Below are positions 20,683 to 30,157 of a stretch of DNA of 64,000 bases, in pieces (within the stretch, counting starts at the first letter, position 1; each line of letters begins with the position of its first letter). The stretch is taken from positions 2,186,991-2,250,990 of the forward strand of contig CAWIKF010000002.1 of assembly GCA_963836755.1 (NCBI GenBank), read 5' to 3'. The position numbers were made by a program, and so were the translations under genes. Source of the stretch: an uncultured Verrucomicrobiae bacterium. Its GTDB lineage: Bacteria; Verrucomicrobiota; Verrucomicrobiia; Chthoniobacterales; Chthoniobacteraceae. Under the pieces are notes generated by a model, which was not told where the DNA came from, did not search any database, and saw only the letters and a list, made by a program, of their open reading frames with translations.

Positions 20683-21264
20683 TTAGTTCGTCTTCGCCGC
20701 AGATTTCTTCGTCTTCTTTCTCCGAGGCTTTCGGTGATTCGCTAGCACGGCCTTAACAGCTTCTTCGTCAGGCAGGGCGGCTACGACATCCTCACCCAAA
20801 GCAGTGATTTGCTTTTTTCCTTCCCCAACAGCGCCAAGAAACTTGTTTTGTTTTGTGGCATTACCGACAGCCATCGATGGATTTGAGAGGGGGGTGCCTC
20901 CCGCTTCTGTATTCAGCCTGGTCAAATCCTCGGTCTTGAAGTGGGTTTGCTCGCGAGCATGCGTCAGGTAGTAGGCCAGGCAGGCAATCCGCTGAACGTC
21001 TGTCTTTGGCATCTTCATTTTAAGAAACTGCTTCGAGGACTGACCCTCCTGGATTCCGCCGCCGCCAGACGCGCTACCTACACCTGAACCACCTTGTATT
21101 CCGCTCGACGCGCTTCCTTGCGTGACGTTCGAAGGGACTGAAACTCCCATTCGTTCGGCCACGGTCTTCAAAACAAATCTGCGTTGTGTTTCGTCGAGCG
21201 GCTCGAGCGCCTGAAGTATGGACTTCAGCGAATTTAATTCCTGATCAAAAGCGGAAACTTTCAT
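20683..21264 (-). CDS. Hypothetical protein, probable winged-helix domain
   Basis: 193 aa; N-terminal helical hairpin, G/S linker, RIACLAYYL...QITALGE, basic tail; 7 nt from the next gene. Confidence 0.7.
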   Translation of the reverse strand: MKVSAFDQELNSLKSILQALEPLDETQRRFVLKTVAERMGVSVPSNVTQGSASSGIQGGSGVGSASGGGGIQEGQSSKQFLKMKMPKTDVQRIACLAYYLTHAREQTHFKTEDLTRLNTEAGGTPLSNPSMAVGNATKQNKFLGAVGEGKKQITALGEDVVAALPDEEAVKAVLANHRKPRRKKTKKSAAKTN

Positions 21265-21350
21265 GTGGGGATCGTTATCGGTTTTTGGTTAATTGCGCAA
21301 GCCGGATTTAGGCCGGCAGTTTGCGACGCAATTCGAAATGATACTCGCGG

Positions 21351-21683
21351 TTAGGCAATGGAGCCTTTGATGGGGGCGTCGTCGAAGCGCAGGGGAAGGA
21401 AGCGGCGCTCCTTGTTCAGTGGATCGCGAAAGCGGAACGTGCCGGACTCCAACTGCGCCCAGTCCGAGCCGAACGCATTCGCCGACATGCACAGCACCAG
21501 CACGCGTGATCGCTCCAGCCCTTCCTCGATCTTGGCCGGGATGCTGTCGCCCGGCTTGAGCACCCATTCATCGAACCACACCTTTACCCCGTCCTTCCGC
21601 AACCGCTCCGCCAGCGGGCGCACCACCGCCTTGTCCTTCGCGCTGTGGCTTAGGAAGACGTCGTATGTAAAAGGATCAGGCAT
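21351..21683 (-). pseudogene. TIR domain, probably a truncated N-terminus of a larger gene
   Basis: YDVFLSHS, VWFDEWVLKPGDSI, SDWAQLE; stops after only 110 aa. Confidence 0.75.
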
Positions 21684-21850
21684 GGGTTTTGATGGAGCCA
21701 ATAAAGGAGAGTAGTTCGCTTCTCGTTTTATCAGCATCGAAGGTAGAGAAGGAACAGCTTTTGTTAAAACCAAATTAAGATGCGAAATATGCGTGGGTTC
21801 TTGTCATCGTAGCCAGCTCTGCGTCGACAATCCATCGTGTCCGTCTGACA

Positions 21851-21879
21851 TTGACGAAGAAAGGGTGTGTGGCTACTTT
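21851..21879 (+). promoter_or_regulatory. Sigma-70-type promoter for the TA operon (leaderless geometry)
   Basis: TTGACG-N17-TACTTT, ATG 6 nt downstream. Confidence 0.65.
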
Positions 21880-21885
21880 GCTGTT

Positions 21886-22116
21886 ATGTCCACGCGGCAA
21901 CTCAAGGAAGAGGCGATGGCGCTTCCACTCGCGGAACGGGTGTCGCTGGCGCAGGAGCTTTGGGCGAGCATCGATGCGGGTTTGAAGGAAGCCGATGAGC
22001 AGGAGGCAGTGCGCGAGGCGATTCGACGCGATCAAGAGTTGTCTTCCGGCGCGGCCAGCGGGCGCACGCACGAGCAAGTGATGCAGGCGGCACGGCGTGC
22101 TATCGGATGCGACTGA
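21886..22116 (+). CDS. Addiction module antitoxin component
   Basis: EAMALPLAERVSLAQELWASI...EAIRRDQEL; overlaps the toxin start. Confidence 0.85.
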   Translation: MSTRQLKEEAMALPLAERVSLAQELWASIDAGLKEADEQEAVREAIRRDQELSSGAASGRTHEQVMQAARRAIGCD

Positions 22117-22403
22117 TTTATCATCCCGATGCCGAAGCGGAACTAACCGAGGCGGCTTAGTTTTATGAGCGCAGAGTTTCATCGCTCGGCGCACAGTTCC
22201 TAGACTCCGCAGATCGAGCGGTTCGCACGATCCTCGATGCGCCTGACCGATGGAGCGCCGTCGAGAGCGATATCCGGCACTACCTCATGCCTCGCTTTCC
22301 CTTCACGATCTACTATCGAGTCTTTCCCGATCACATCCGCATTCTCGCCTTCAAGCATCAAAGCCGGCATCCAGACTACTGGCGTTATCGCCTATCAGAG
22401 TAA
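22107..22403 (+). pseudogene. RelE/ParE family toxin interrupted by in-frame TAG
   Basis: MRLIYHPDAEAELTEAA*FYE...RFPFTIYY...ILAFKHQSRHPDYW; TAG at 22158-22160. Confidence 0.85.
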
Positions 22404-22488
22404 TTATCTGCAACCGACAACGGTCGGAAGGATATTTCCTCCTGAAAAAGCAGGTGTTACTCTGAGAAGGTTGGTTCGGTGGGCGGGA

Positions 22489-22740
22489 AACTTTCCTGCT
22501 TTTTCCGAAGACTTCCTTCCTTTTGTTACGGAGGGATATGTTTTCTCGGGAAAAGGATATCCCTTTGCAGAAGAAACATATGTTTCCGCGGCGAAAACAT
22601 ACCCTTTTGTGACGGACACATATGTTTTCGGGAGGGAAACATATCCTTTTGTTGCGGACACCTATCGTTTCGCGACGGGCACATATCTTCCCGCGACGGA
22701 CACCTATGTTCTCGTCGCAGAAACATATCCTTTTGCTGGA
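22489..22740. repeat. Degenerate tandem array, 21-bp period
   Basis: TAT/TAC of the core recurs at 22537, 22558, 22579 ... 22726 (10 units), plus about two degenerate units upstream. Confidence 0.9.
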
Positions 22741-22936
22741 GATTGATCTCGTTTCGGCGCGGCTTTAGGGAACTTTGAGGGAGACTTGGCGGAGCTTGCG
22801 CGCGGCGGAGGGAAGGGCGGTTGAGATGCGCAGCTTTTCCGGGGAGATGCGGCGACGGATGGCGGCGGGGTGGTTACGGTCGTGGCTTCAATCGAACCAA
22901 CCAAAACCAACTCAGTTCAATCCAGCCCGCTCTATT

Positions 22937-23560
22937 ATGATCGCAAAAGTTTCCATCAATTTTCTCAATGACGACACGGACCCGGAGTTGCTCGTCGATA
23001 CCGACCGCGTGCTTACTTTGATGACGGGGAATGCGGTTTATGTGACGCCCGACCCGACGCTGGCGGCCGTGACGGCATCGCGCACGCTGTTTCAAGGCAC
23101 GGTGAATGCGCTCAATGGTGGCACGGAGGCAACGGCGGCGCGCGATGCGCAGCGGAAGGTATTCGCGGGGCTCGTCCGCGACCTCGCCGCCTATGTGCAG
23201 AAGGCGTGCGGCGGTGACATGGTGAAGCTGCTGAGTTCCGGCTTTCCCGCGCAGAAGGATCGGCAGCCGGTGAACGGCGACCTGTCTGCGCCGGGAAATC
23301 TGCGGCTGACGCGTTCCGGGATGAGCGGACAGATGAAGGCGCGCTGCACGCCGGTGGACAATGCGACGGGTTATCAATGGCGCTGGGCGCTTTCGACAGC
23401 GCCGACGGTTTTCACGATGGTCGAGCCGCCGACGACTGCGGCGAATGTGCTGATCGAGAATTTGACGCCGGGGACGGTTTACGTGGTGCAGGTGCGCGCG
23501 ACGGGGACGAAGGGGAGGATGAGTGACTGGAGCGACCCTGCGGTTTTGATGGCGGTTTGA
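22937..23560 (+). CDS. Helical N-terminal + fibronectin type III-like domain protein, no signal peptide
   Basis: 207 aa; SAPGNL, IENLTPGTVYVVQVRA, SDWSDP are Fn3 hallmarks. Confidence 0.82.
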   Translation: MIAKVSINFLNDDTDPELLVDTDRVLTLMTGNAVYVTPDPTLAAVTASRTLFQGTVNALNGGTEATAARDAQRKVFAGLVRDLAAYVQKACGGDMVKLLSSGFPAQKDRQPVNGDLSAPGNLRLTRSGMSGQMKARCTPVDNATGYQWRWALSTAPTVFTMVEPPTTAANVLIENLTPGTVYVVQVRATGTKGRMSDWSDPAVLMAV

Positions 23561-23608
23561 CGGCGGGTCGGCTGGGGTCAAAAAGCGGCCATCGGCTGCA
23601 AAATCCCC

Positions 23609-23640
23609 ATCCGTGTTCCATCCGTTTCCATCCGTGGCTA
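23609..23640. repeat. Short CATCCGT triple repeat (REP-like)
   Basis: ccatccgtgttccatccgtttccatccgtgg. Confidence 0.55.
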
Positions 23641-23688
23641 AACCCGACACAGAGCGGTATCGGCTCGTGACGCGGGTTTGACGCAACT

Positions 23689-24915
23689 TTATGTCGACTT
23701 TTTCCGCAGGAGCTCTTCGTAAAGCTCCGCCGTCTGCTGCGCGATCGCGTGCCAGGAAAACTTTTCCTCAGCGCGCTTGCGGCCGGCTTTGCCGAAACGG
23801 TTACGCTTTTCGGGGTCGGCCATGAGCTCGTTGATGCCGGCGGCGAGGTCGCGGGAGAATTGGTCGGGGTTCGACGGCTCGAAGGGGCTCTCTTTCATCT
23901 GCTCGAGCGGGACGAGGATGCCGGTTTCGCCCGGGACGACGACTTCTTTAATGCCGCCGACGGCGCTGGCGACGACGGCCGTTTCGCAGGCCATGGCTTC
24001 GAGGTTGATGATGCCGAACGGTTCGTAGATGGAGGGGCAGCAGAAGACGGCGGCCTGGGAGTAAAGTTCGTAGACGGTGGTTTTGTTCACCATTTCCTCG
24101 ATCCAGATGACGTCGGGGCGCTGAACTTTGACGGCATCGACGGCGGCTTTCATCTCGGCGGCGATCTCCGGGGTGTCGGGCGCGCCGGCGCAGAGGACGA
24201 TCTGGAAGCCGGGGTGCATGTATTTCACGGCGTTGACGAGGTGGACGATGCCTTTCTGCCGTGTGATGCGGCCGACGAAGAGGACGAAGGGGACGGCGGG
24301 GTCGATGCCGTATTTCTCCAGCGCGACGGTGGTGGTGACGGGCTGGTATTCGTCGAGGTCGATGCCGTTGTAGATGATGGGGACGCGCTCTTTCGGGACG
24401 TTAAACAAACGGAGGATGTCTCTTTGCGTCTCGCGGGAGACGGCGATGACGGCGTCGGCCATCTCTATGGCGGTTTTCTCGACCCAGCAGGAAAAGTCGT
24501 AGCCGCCGCCGAGTTGCTCGCGTTTCCACGGGCGGAGGGGCTCGAGCGAATGGACGGTGAGGACGAACGGGATGCCGTAGTTCATCTTCGCGAGGATGCC
24601 GCCGAAATGCGTATACCAAGTGTGGCAATGGACGATGTCGGCGTCGATATTCGTGGTGTTCCAGTCGAGACAATGTTGGACGGCGTTAAACACGCTGTGG
24701 AGCGGCTTCGGCGCGGTGTAGCCGCTGGTGTCGACGCCGTAGCCGGTGGCCTGGAGCGTGGGCGTGTCGATGCGCGTCTCGCGCTTTTCCTTGCCGTAGC
24801 AGCGGGCTTCGACGTCGATGAGCTTTGAGAGTTCGCGCGACAGGTAATCGACGTGGACGCCGGCGCCGCCGTAGATGGTGGGTGGGAATTCGTTTGTTAA
24901 AAAAAGTGCTTTCAT
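23689..24915 (-). CDS. glgA: Glycogen synthase, GT4 Corynebacterium-type (GlgA/GlgM-like)
   Basis: EFPPTIYGGAGVHV, HSLEPLRPWKREQLGGGY, YEPFGIINLEAMAC. Confidence 0.92.
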   Translation of the reverse strand: MKALFLTNEFPPTIYGGAGVHVDYLSRELSKLIDVEARCYGKEKRETRIDTPTLQATGYGVDTSGYTAPKPLHSVFNAVQHCLDWNTTNIDADIVHCHTWYTHFGGILAKMNYGIPFVLTVHSLEPLRPWKREQLGGGYDFSCWVEKTAIEMADAVIAVSRETQRDILRLFNVPKERVPIIYNGIDLDEYQPVTTTVALEKYGIDPAVPFVLFVGRITRQKGIVHLVNAVKYMHPGFQIVLCAGAPDTPEIAAEMKAAVDAVKVQRPDVIWIEEMVNKTTVYELYSQAAVFCCPSIYEPFGIINLEAMACETAVVASAVGGIKEVVVPGETGILVPLEQMKESPFEPSNPDQFSRDLAAGINELMADPEKRNRFGKAGRKRAEEKFSWHAIAQQTAELYEELLRKKST

Positions 24916-25225
24916 TGGGTTGGGAGAAGGAAAAAAGCGAACCGATTCATTGCGGCCATGCGTATCGCATTTATCGTTGCGAAACAAATCTCCTATTTTT
25001 TCCGCAACGCCCCACTTTTCCCTTTTTCTTTCTGAGAAAGCTTCGCCTGTTTTTCCACATGATTTCCGTTTTGTCTTCCGAGAATCCCGCTTTCTGCGGG
25101 GAATCCTTTTATTTCCGCAGGGCACGAATCGTGGTTTTATGGTCGACCCGTCTGCGCATGATTTTTGGTTCCCTCCCCTTCACCGTTAAGATCCTTCAAC
25201 GCCGGCTTCGCGCCGTTTCCGGGAA

Positions 25226-26188
25226 TTGAACGCGCCGATTCGCAAGGCATTCGTGCTGGGCGCGGGACTCGGCACGCGCTTGAAAACATTGACGGCGAGG
25301 ACGCCGAAGCCGCTGCTGCCGATCTTCGGGAAACCTCTGATCACCTTCGCGTTTGACCATCTCATTCGCAACGGCGCGGAGCAGTTCGTCATCAATACGC
25401 ACCACTGCCCGGAGTGTTATACACGCATTTTTCCAGAACACTTTTACCGCGGACTGCCGCTCCACTTTGAACACGAGCCAACGCTGCTGGAAACGGCTGG
25501 TGGGATCAAAAACGTCGAGCGATTGCTGCGCAACGACACGTTCATCGTTTACAACGGCGACATCCTCAGCGACCTGCCGATCGAGCGCGCGGTCAGCCAG
25601 CACTTCGAGCAGCGGAACGACGTGACGCTCATCCTCCGCTCCAGCGGCGCTCCGCTCCACATCGCGCTCGAGGGCAGCCGCGTGGTCGATATCGCGGGGC
25701 GCTTGCGCGCAAAGGCCGACGGCCATTACATGTTCACCGGCATCTATATTGTGAGCCCGTCATTCCTGGTCAAAATTCCGTCGCGCACCAAAATTTCCGT
25801 GATCCCGATCTTCATGAACATGATCCAGAAAAACCAAAAGCTCGGCGGCATCGTGATCGACGAGGGACATTGGTGGGACCTCGGCACGCGCGAAAGTTAT
25901 CTCGAGGTGCATCGACACCTTGCGAAACAACCGTTGGAATTTGAAATCAATCCGCGGATCGCGGGCACATGGCCGGAGTTCATACACCCGAGCGCGGAAA
26001 TTTCTTCCTCGGCGAAAATATCCGGCGCCACATCCATTGGAGCGTCGGCGTTCATCAGCCCGGGCGTGCAGCTCCACGACTGCATCATCTGGGAACACGC
26101 CCGGGTCGCCCCCGGCGCTGTGTTGAACAACTGCATCGTCACTTCCGGCCAGACGGCGAGCGGCTCGCACACCGATCTCGATTTCTAA
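25226..26188 (+). CDS. Sugar-phosphate nucleotidyltransferase (MurU-like) with C-terminal hexapeptide region; TTG start
   Basis: LGAGLGTRL...PKPLL, ETAGG, YNGD, WWDLGT. Confidence 0.85.
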   Translation: MNAPIRKAFVLGAGLGTRLKTLTARTPKPLLPIFGKPLITFAFDHLIRNGAEQFVINTHHCPECYTRIFPEHFYRGLPLHFEHEPTLLETAGGIKNVERLLRNDTFIVYNGDILSDLPIERAVSQHFEQRNDVTLILRSSGAPLHIALEGSRVVDIAGRLRAKADGHYMFTGIYIVSPSFLVKIPSRTKISVIPIFMNMIQKNQKLGGIVIDEGHWWDLGTRESYLEVHRHLAKQPLEFEINPRIAGTWPEFIHPSAEISSSAKISGATSIGASAFISPGVQLHDCIIWEHARVAPGAVLNNCIVTSGQTASGSHTDLDF

Positions 26189-26191
26189 ACG

Positions 26192-27193
26192 ATGCGCCTC
26201 GCCGATTCTCTCCTCCGCGAAACCGTCTCGCGTTTTCCGCGCTACGCGAAGAGCGGCATCAAAATCGAGCCGGTGGAAAAGGGCGGCTCCGACCGCAAAT
26301 ATTACCGCGTCCGCATCGGCGGCGAGCATTCGCTCATCCTCGTGAAATACGGCGACGGCCGCGCAGAGAATCGCCACTACGTCGCGATCGCGCAATTCCT
26401 CGCGAGTCTCGAAATTCACGTGCCGGAGATTTATTTCCATGATGAAAATGAGCAACTGATCTGGATGGAAGATCTCGGCGAGCGCGATCTCTGGTCGTTC
26501 CGCAACGAGCCGTGGGAGACGCGCCGCGAGCTTTACGCCAGCACGCTCGATGAGCTCGTCGCGCTGCATGCGCGCGCTCATCACGCGTTGCCAGATGCGG
26601 GGCTAACTTTGGAAGCGGAGTTCAACGCCGACCTCTACGCATGGGAACAAAATTACTTTTTCGAAAATTGCGCGCACCGGTATTTTGGCTCCGACCGCGC
26701 GGAATGTGATCGCGATGCGCTGCGCGAAATCGCGTCGCAGTTGCATGAGCTGCCGCGCGTTTTGGTGCATCGCGATTTCCAGTCGCAAAACATTTTGATC
26801 GATCACGACCGCGCGCACCTCATCGATTTCCAAGGGCTGCGCCCCGGTCTCGCGCCTTACGATCTCGCCTCGCTGATTTACGATCCATACGTCGCGCTGC
26901 CGGAATCCGAGCGCGCGGAGCTGCAGCAAACTTACATTGAAAAAGCACAAGAGGCCGGCGTCGAAATTTCGAAAAACTTCCACGAAATCTTCGACCTCTG
27001 CGCGATGCAAAGATTGATGCAGGCACTCGGCGCATACGGTTTTCTTGGCCTCGTGAAAAGGCGGACGCACTTCCTCGATCACATCCCGATCGCGCTCCAT
27101 TCGCTGCGCGAAGTCACCGCGCGGATCAAAGTTTTGCGGGAGCTGCCGGAGCTGCTCGCCGACTTTTGCGACAACATTTCGCGTGAAAAATGA
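26192..27193 (+). CDS. APH-family phosphotransferase (AmgK-like)
   Basis: GSDRKYYR, MEDLG, HRDFQSQN, IDFQG, YDLASL. Confidence 0.85.
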   Translation: MRLADSLLRETVSRFPRYAKSGIKIEPVEKGGSDRKYYRVRIGGEHSLILVKYGDGRAENRHYVAIAQFLASLEIHVPEIYFHDENEQLIWMEDLGERDLWSFRNEPWETRRELYASTLDELVALHARAHHALPDAGLTLEAEFNADLYAWEQNYFFENCAHRYFGSDRAECDRDALREIASQLHELPRVLVHRDFQSQNILIDHDRAHLIDFQGLRPGLAPYDLASLIYDPYVALPESERAELQQTYIEKAQEAGVEISKNFHEIFDLCAMQRLMQALGAYGFLGLVKRRTHFLDHIPIALHSLREVTARIKVLRELPELLADFCDNISREK

Positions 27194-27429
27194 ACTCGCC
27201 GCTGATGCAATTTTTCAAGCGCGCGCTCGGCCGCGAACCGGCGCTGCATCCGATCGATCGCGGCCTCGCGAAGCGCTGGATCAAACAGCGGCTCGTCCGC
27301 GTTTTTCCGGAGCTGCGCGATGATCCGAAAGCGCTCGAAGCCGCGTATCATGCGCTCAGTCTCGAGCCTAAGCTGGGCACCGAGGAAGGCGACGCGGGGA
27401 CTTACTTCGAGATGAATTGGCCGTTGTAA
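27190..27429 (+). CDS. Small hypothetical protein
   Basis: 79 aa; ATGA overlap with the upstream gene. Confidence 0.65.
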   Translation: MNSPLMQFFKRALGREPALHPIDRGLAKRWIKQRLVRVFPELRDDPKALEAAYHALSLEPKLGTEEGDAGTYFEMNWPL

Positions 27430-27477
27430 AACTTTCGCCAGCGCTGCGTTTCGCGCGAAAGTTTGCGGCGTAGTCTC

Positions 27478-28305
27478 ATGAAAAAAACTTTGCTCCCATT
27501 GCTATTTTGCGTCTGCGCGCTCGCCGGATGCGCGCCGCTCACGCCGCCGCCCGCGGGCGAAACGATCATCCACAATCGCGTTTATTCCGTGCCGCCCGAT
27601 GGACGCCCGCTGCGGCTCGACATTTATTCGCCGTCGGGGCGCGGCCCGTTTCCACTGGTCATGTGGATTCACGGCGGCGGCTGGAAATATGGCAACAAAG
27701 GCTGGATGCTTTACCTGCGAAAGCTGACGCAGCGCGGCTTCGCGGTCGCATCGGTCGAATATCGGCTGAGCAATCGCGCGAAATATCCGGCGCAGTTAAA
27801 CGACTGCCGCGACGCGCTCGCGTGGCTTTGGAAAAATGGCGCGAGCTATCGACTCGACCGCCGCAACACTTTCCTCGCCGGAGCTTCCGCGGGCGGACAT
27901 CTCGCGGCGATGCTCGGCCTCGAGGAAGGCCACGCGCGAATCGACGCCGTCTGCGCGATGTATCCGGCGACTGACCTGACGGGCTTTCCAAACCAGGACG
28001 CGCTGCGCGGATACTTGCCGGAATTGCTCGGCGGCTCGGTCAATCAAAAACGGGCGCTGGCGGAATCGGGCAGCCCCGTGCGGCATGTCGATAGGAGTGC
28101 GCCGCCGTTTTTGATTTTCCACGGCGACAAAGATTTGCTCGTGCCGATCCGTCAAAGCGAGGAACTCGACGCCAAGCTGCATCGCGCGGGCGTCGAATCG
28201 CATCTCGTCGTGCTGCCGGGAATGCCGCACGGCTTTGCGCTGACCGATGCGCAACTCGATTCGGTCGCGCGATTTTTCCGCGCGCATCTTCGCGAAAAAC
28301 TTTGA
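27478..28305 (+). CDS. Alpha/beta hydrolase lipoprotein (HSL-like esterase)
   Basis: LAGC lipobox, HGGGW, GASAGG, HGDKD. Confidence 0.88.
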   Translation: MKKTLLPLLFCVCALAGCAPLTPPPAGETIIHNRVYSVPPDGRPLRLDIYSPSGRGPFPLVMWIHGGGWKYGNKGWMLYLRKLTQRGFAVASVEYRLSNRAKYPAQLNDCRDALAWLWKNGASYRLDRRNTFLAGASAGGHLAAMLGLEEGHARIDAVCAMYPATDLTGFPNQDALRGYLPELLGGSVNQKRALAESGSPVRHVDRSAPPFLIFHGDKDLLVPIRQSEELDAKLHRAGVESHLVVLPGMPHGFALTDAQLDSVARFFRAHLREKL

Positions 28306-28312
28306 CGCCGAT

Positions 28313-29260
28313 TTAATCGAGCGCCGAAAGTTTTTTCCAAAGCTCCCGCTGTTCGGCGGTCAGCGTTTTCGGAATTTCGATCTGCGCGACCACGTAAAGA
28401 TCGCCGCGCGTGTCGCCAGCTTTCGGCAGACCGCGCTGCTTGAGGCGGAAGCGCTGGCCGTGCTGCGTGCCGGGCGGCACTTTCATTTTCGCAGCGCCCT
28501 CGAGCGTCGGCGTCGAAATTTCGCAACCGAGCGCGGCCTGCCACGGCTGCAAGTCGGCCTCGTGAATGAGGTCGCTGCCCTCGACGCGAAAATCGGGATG
28601 CTGCGCAAATTTTACGCGTAAAAAAAGATCGCCGGCGCTGCCGCCGTGCGCGCCTTTGCCGCCCTGGCCCGCGAGCCGAATCCGCTGTCCCTCGTGAACG
28701 CCGGCTGGGATGCGAACGCTGTAAGTTTCCGTCTTCGCGTGCTGCGAACGGCGAAACGAAACCTGCCGTTTCGACCCGTGCAGCGCCTCCTCGATCGTGA
28801 CGAGAATGTCGGCCTCGACGTCCTGCCCGCGCTGCGAAATGTCGCGCTGACCAAAGCCGCGCGCGTCGCCCATGCCGCCGCCAAACGGGTTGCGCTGCGC
28901 GCCGCCGCCGCCGAAAAATTGCTCGAAGAAATCGCTGAATCCTGTGCCGCCGAAATGAAAATCCGCGCCGCCATTTCCCTCGCCACCAGCGCGGTGCTGC
29001 CAGCCCGGCGGCGGTTGCTGCGGACCACCACGTTCCCAATCCGCGCCAAGCGTGTCGTATTTTTTCCGCTTCTCCGGGTCGCTTAGAACTTCATACGCCT
29101 CGTTGATTTCCTTGAACTTTGTCTCGGCCGTTTTCTTGTCCTTGTTGACGTCCGGATGATGCTTGCGGGCGAGCTTGCGAAACGCCTTTTTGATTTCGTC
29201 GGGAGTGGCCGCTTTTGAAACGCCGAGCGTCTCGTAATAATCCTTGAATTGAACTGGCAT
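28313..29260 (-). CDS. DnaJ class B chaperone (CbpA-like)
   Basis: KDYY...HPD J-domain, G/F region, no zinc finger. Confidence 0.9.
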   Translation of the reverse strand: MPVQFKDYYETLGVSKAATPDEIKKAFRKLARKHHPDVNKDKKTAETKFKEINEAYEVLSDPEKRKKYDTLGADWERGGPQQPPPGWQHRAGGEGNGGADFHFGGTGFSDFFEQFFGGGGAQRNPFGGGMGDARGFGQRDISQRGQDVEADILVTIEEALHGSKRQVSFRRSQHAKTETYSVRIPAGVHEGQRIRLAGQGGKGAHGGSAGDLFLRVKFAQHPDFRVEGSDLIHEADLQPWQAALGCEISTPTLEGAAKMKVPPGTQHGQRFRLKQRGLPKAGDTRGDLYVVAQIEIPKTLTAEQRELWKKLSALD

Positions 29261-29328
29261 CGTGACGACGGAACCTAGCCGCTGTTCGCGCCGCTGCCAA
29301 TGTCTGCGCGCCGCACGCGCGAAAATTT

Positions 29329-30000
29329 TTACATGCCGCCCGGATGCCGCGCGGTGAAGCCCCACGTCTCGCGGCTGTCGTAATGCCAGCGCGGGCCGAC
29401 ATTGCCGCCGCGCTGGAAATCGGTCGTGTCGAGGCGCAGCCCGGCGATGACGGCAAAGGTGTGGCCGTTGCGCGCGTAGATCGTGAGCCAGCGGCCTTTT
29501 CCACGCTGGCCAAAGTCCATCAACTCGCGTGACGGAATCGGCGAATTCAGAACGCCCGCGTGATGCAGCGCAAACGAAATGCTGCCCGAGCAATCGTAGC
29601 CGGAATCGAGGAACGAGCCGTGCCCGCCGCCCCATTTGTAAGGCGTTTTGCGGATCGTGTTGACGGCCCAGATCGCATTTTTCACAGCCTGCGGCGCATT
29701 CGATGGCGCATATGCCACGCCGTGTCGGATGACCGCGCGATCGCCCTGCACCATCGGTCGCGCAGCACTCAAGACGGCCGGCGCACTCGATTCTTCATCC
29801 TGCTCCGGAACAGCGGCCGGCTCGAAAATGGTCGGTGAATAAAGCGCGAGCTCCGTGCTGTGGCGCACCGCGTGCGCGCGCGGAATGTTTTGCGAACCGC
29901 TGAAGAACGGCTCGGAATGAAGCGCCGCGGCCGACAGCGAAAAAACTGCTGCTGATGCGGCGCAGATGCGGAAGTAAAAAGAAAAGCGTGAAGAGAACAT
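29329..30000 (-). CDS. Secreted NlpC/P60-like peptidoglycan endopeptidase
   Basis: PYKWGGGH...YDCSG...GHT; signal peptide. Confidence 0.8.
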   Translation of the reverse strand: MFSSRFSFYFRICAASAAVFSLSAAALHSEPFFSGSQNIPRAHAVRHSTELALYSPTIFEPAAVPEQDEESSAPAVLSAARPMVQGDRAVIRHGVAYAPSNAPQAVKNAIWAVNTIRKTPYKWGGGHGSFLDSGYDCSGSISFALHHAGVLNSPIPSRELMDFGQRGKGRWLTIYARNGHTFAVIAGLRLDTTDFQRGGNVGPRWHYDSRETWGFTARHPGGM

Positions 30001-30157
30001 GGTAATTATGAAGCTAGTTGCGCGCCATGCCGCGCCCTTTGAGCTGCCGCCGCGAAAAATTTGCGCTGGTTCTAGTGGCTGGTTGATTTAAATCAATCGC
30101 AATCGTCCCGAGCGGCGAAAAAAGATGCGCACATTCGTTTGTTTAACTGGTCGTTGA

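Noticed and set aside
22489..22740. CRISPR array interpretation of the 21-bp arrays
   Set aside because: Units are too short and degenerate, with no 25-45 nt unique spacers and no cas genes in the window
18687..23640. Prophage or integrative element call for the accessory island
   Set aside because: No integrase, structural phage genes or bounding att repeats visible
24960..25125. Possible fourth 21-bp tract upstream of glgA, and a basic N-terminal extension of GlgA
   Set aside because: Only one clear 21-bp step (25061/25082), then the register breaks; GlgA homology starts at 24915
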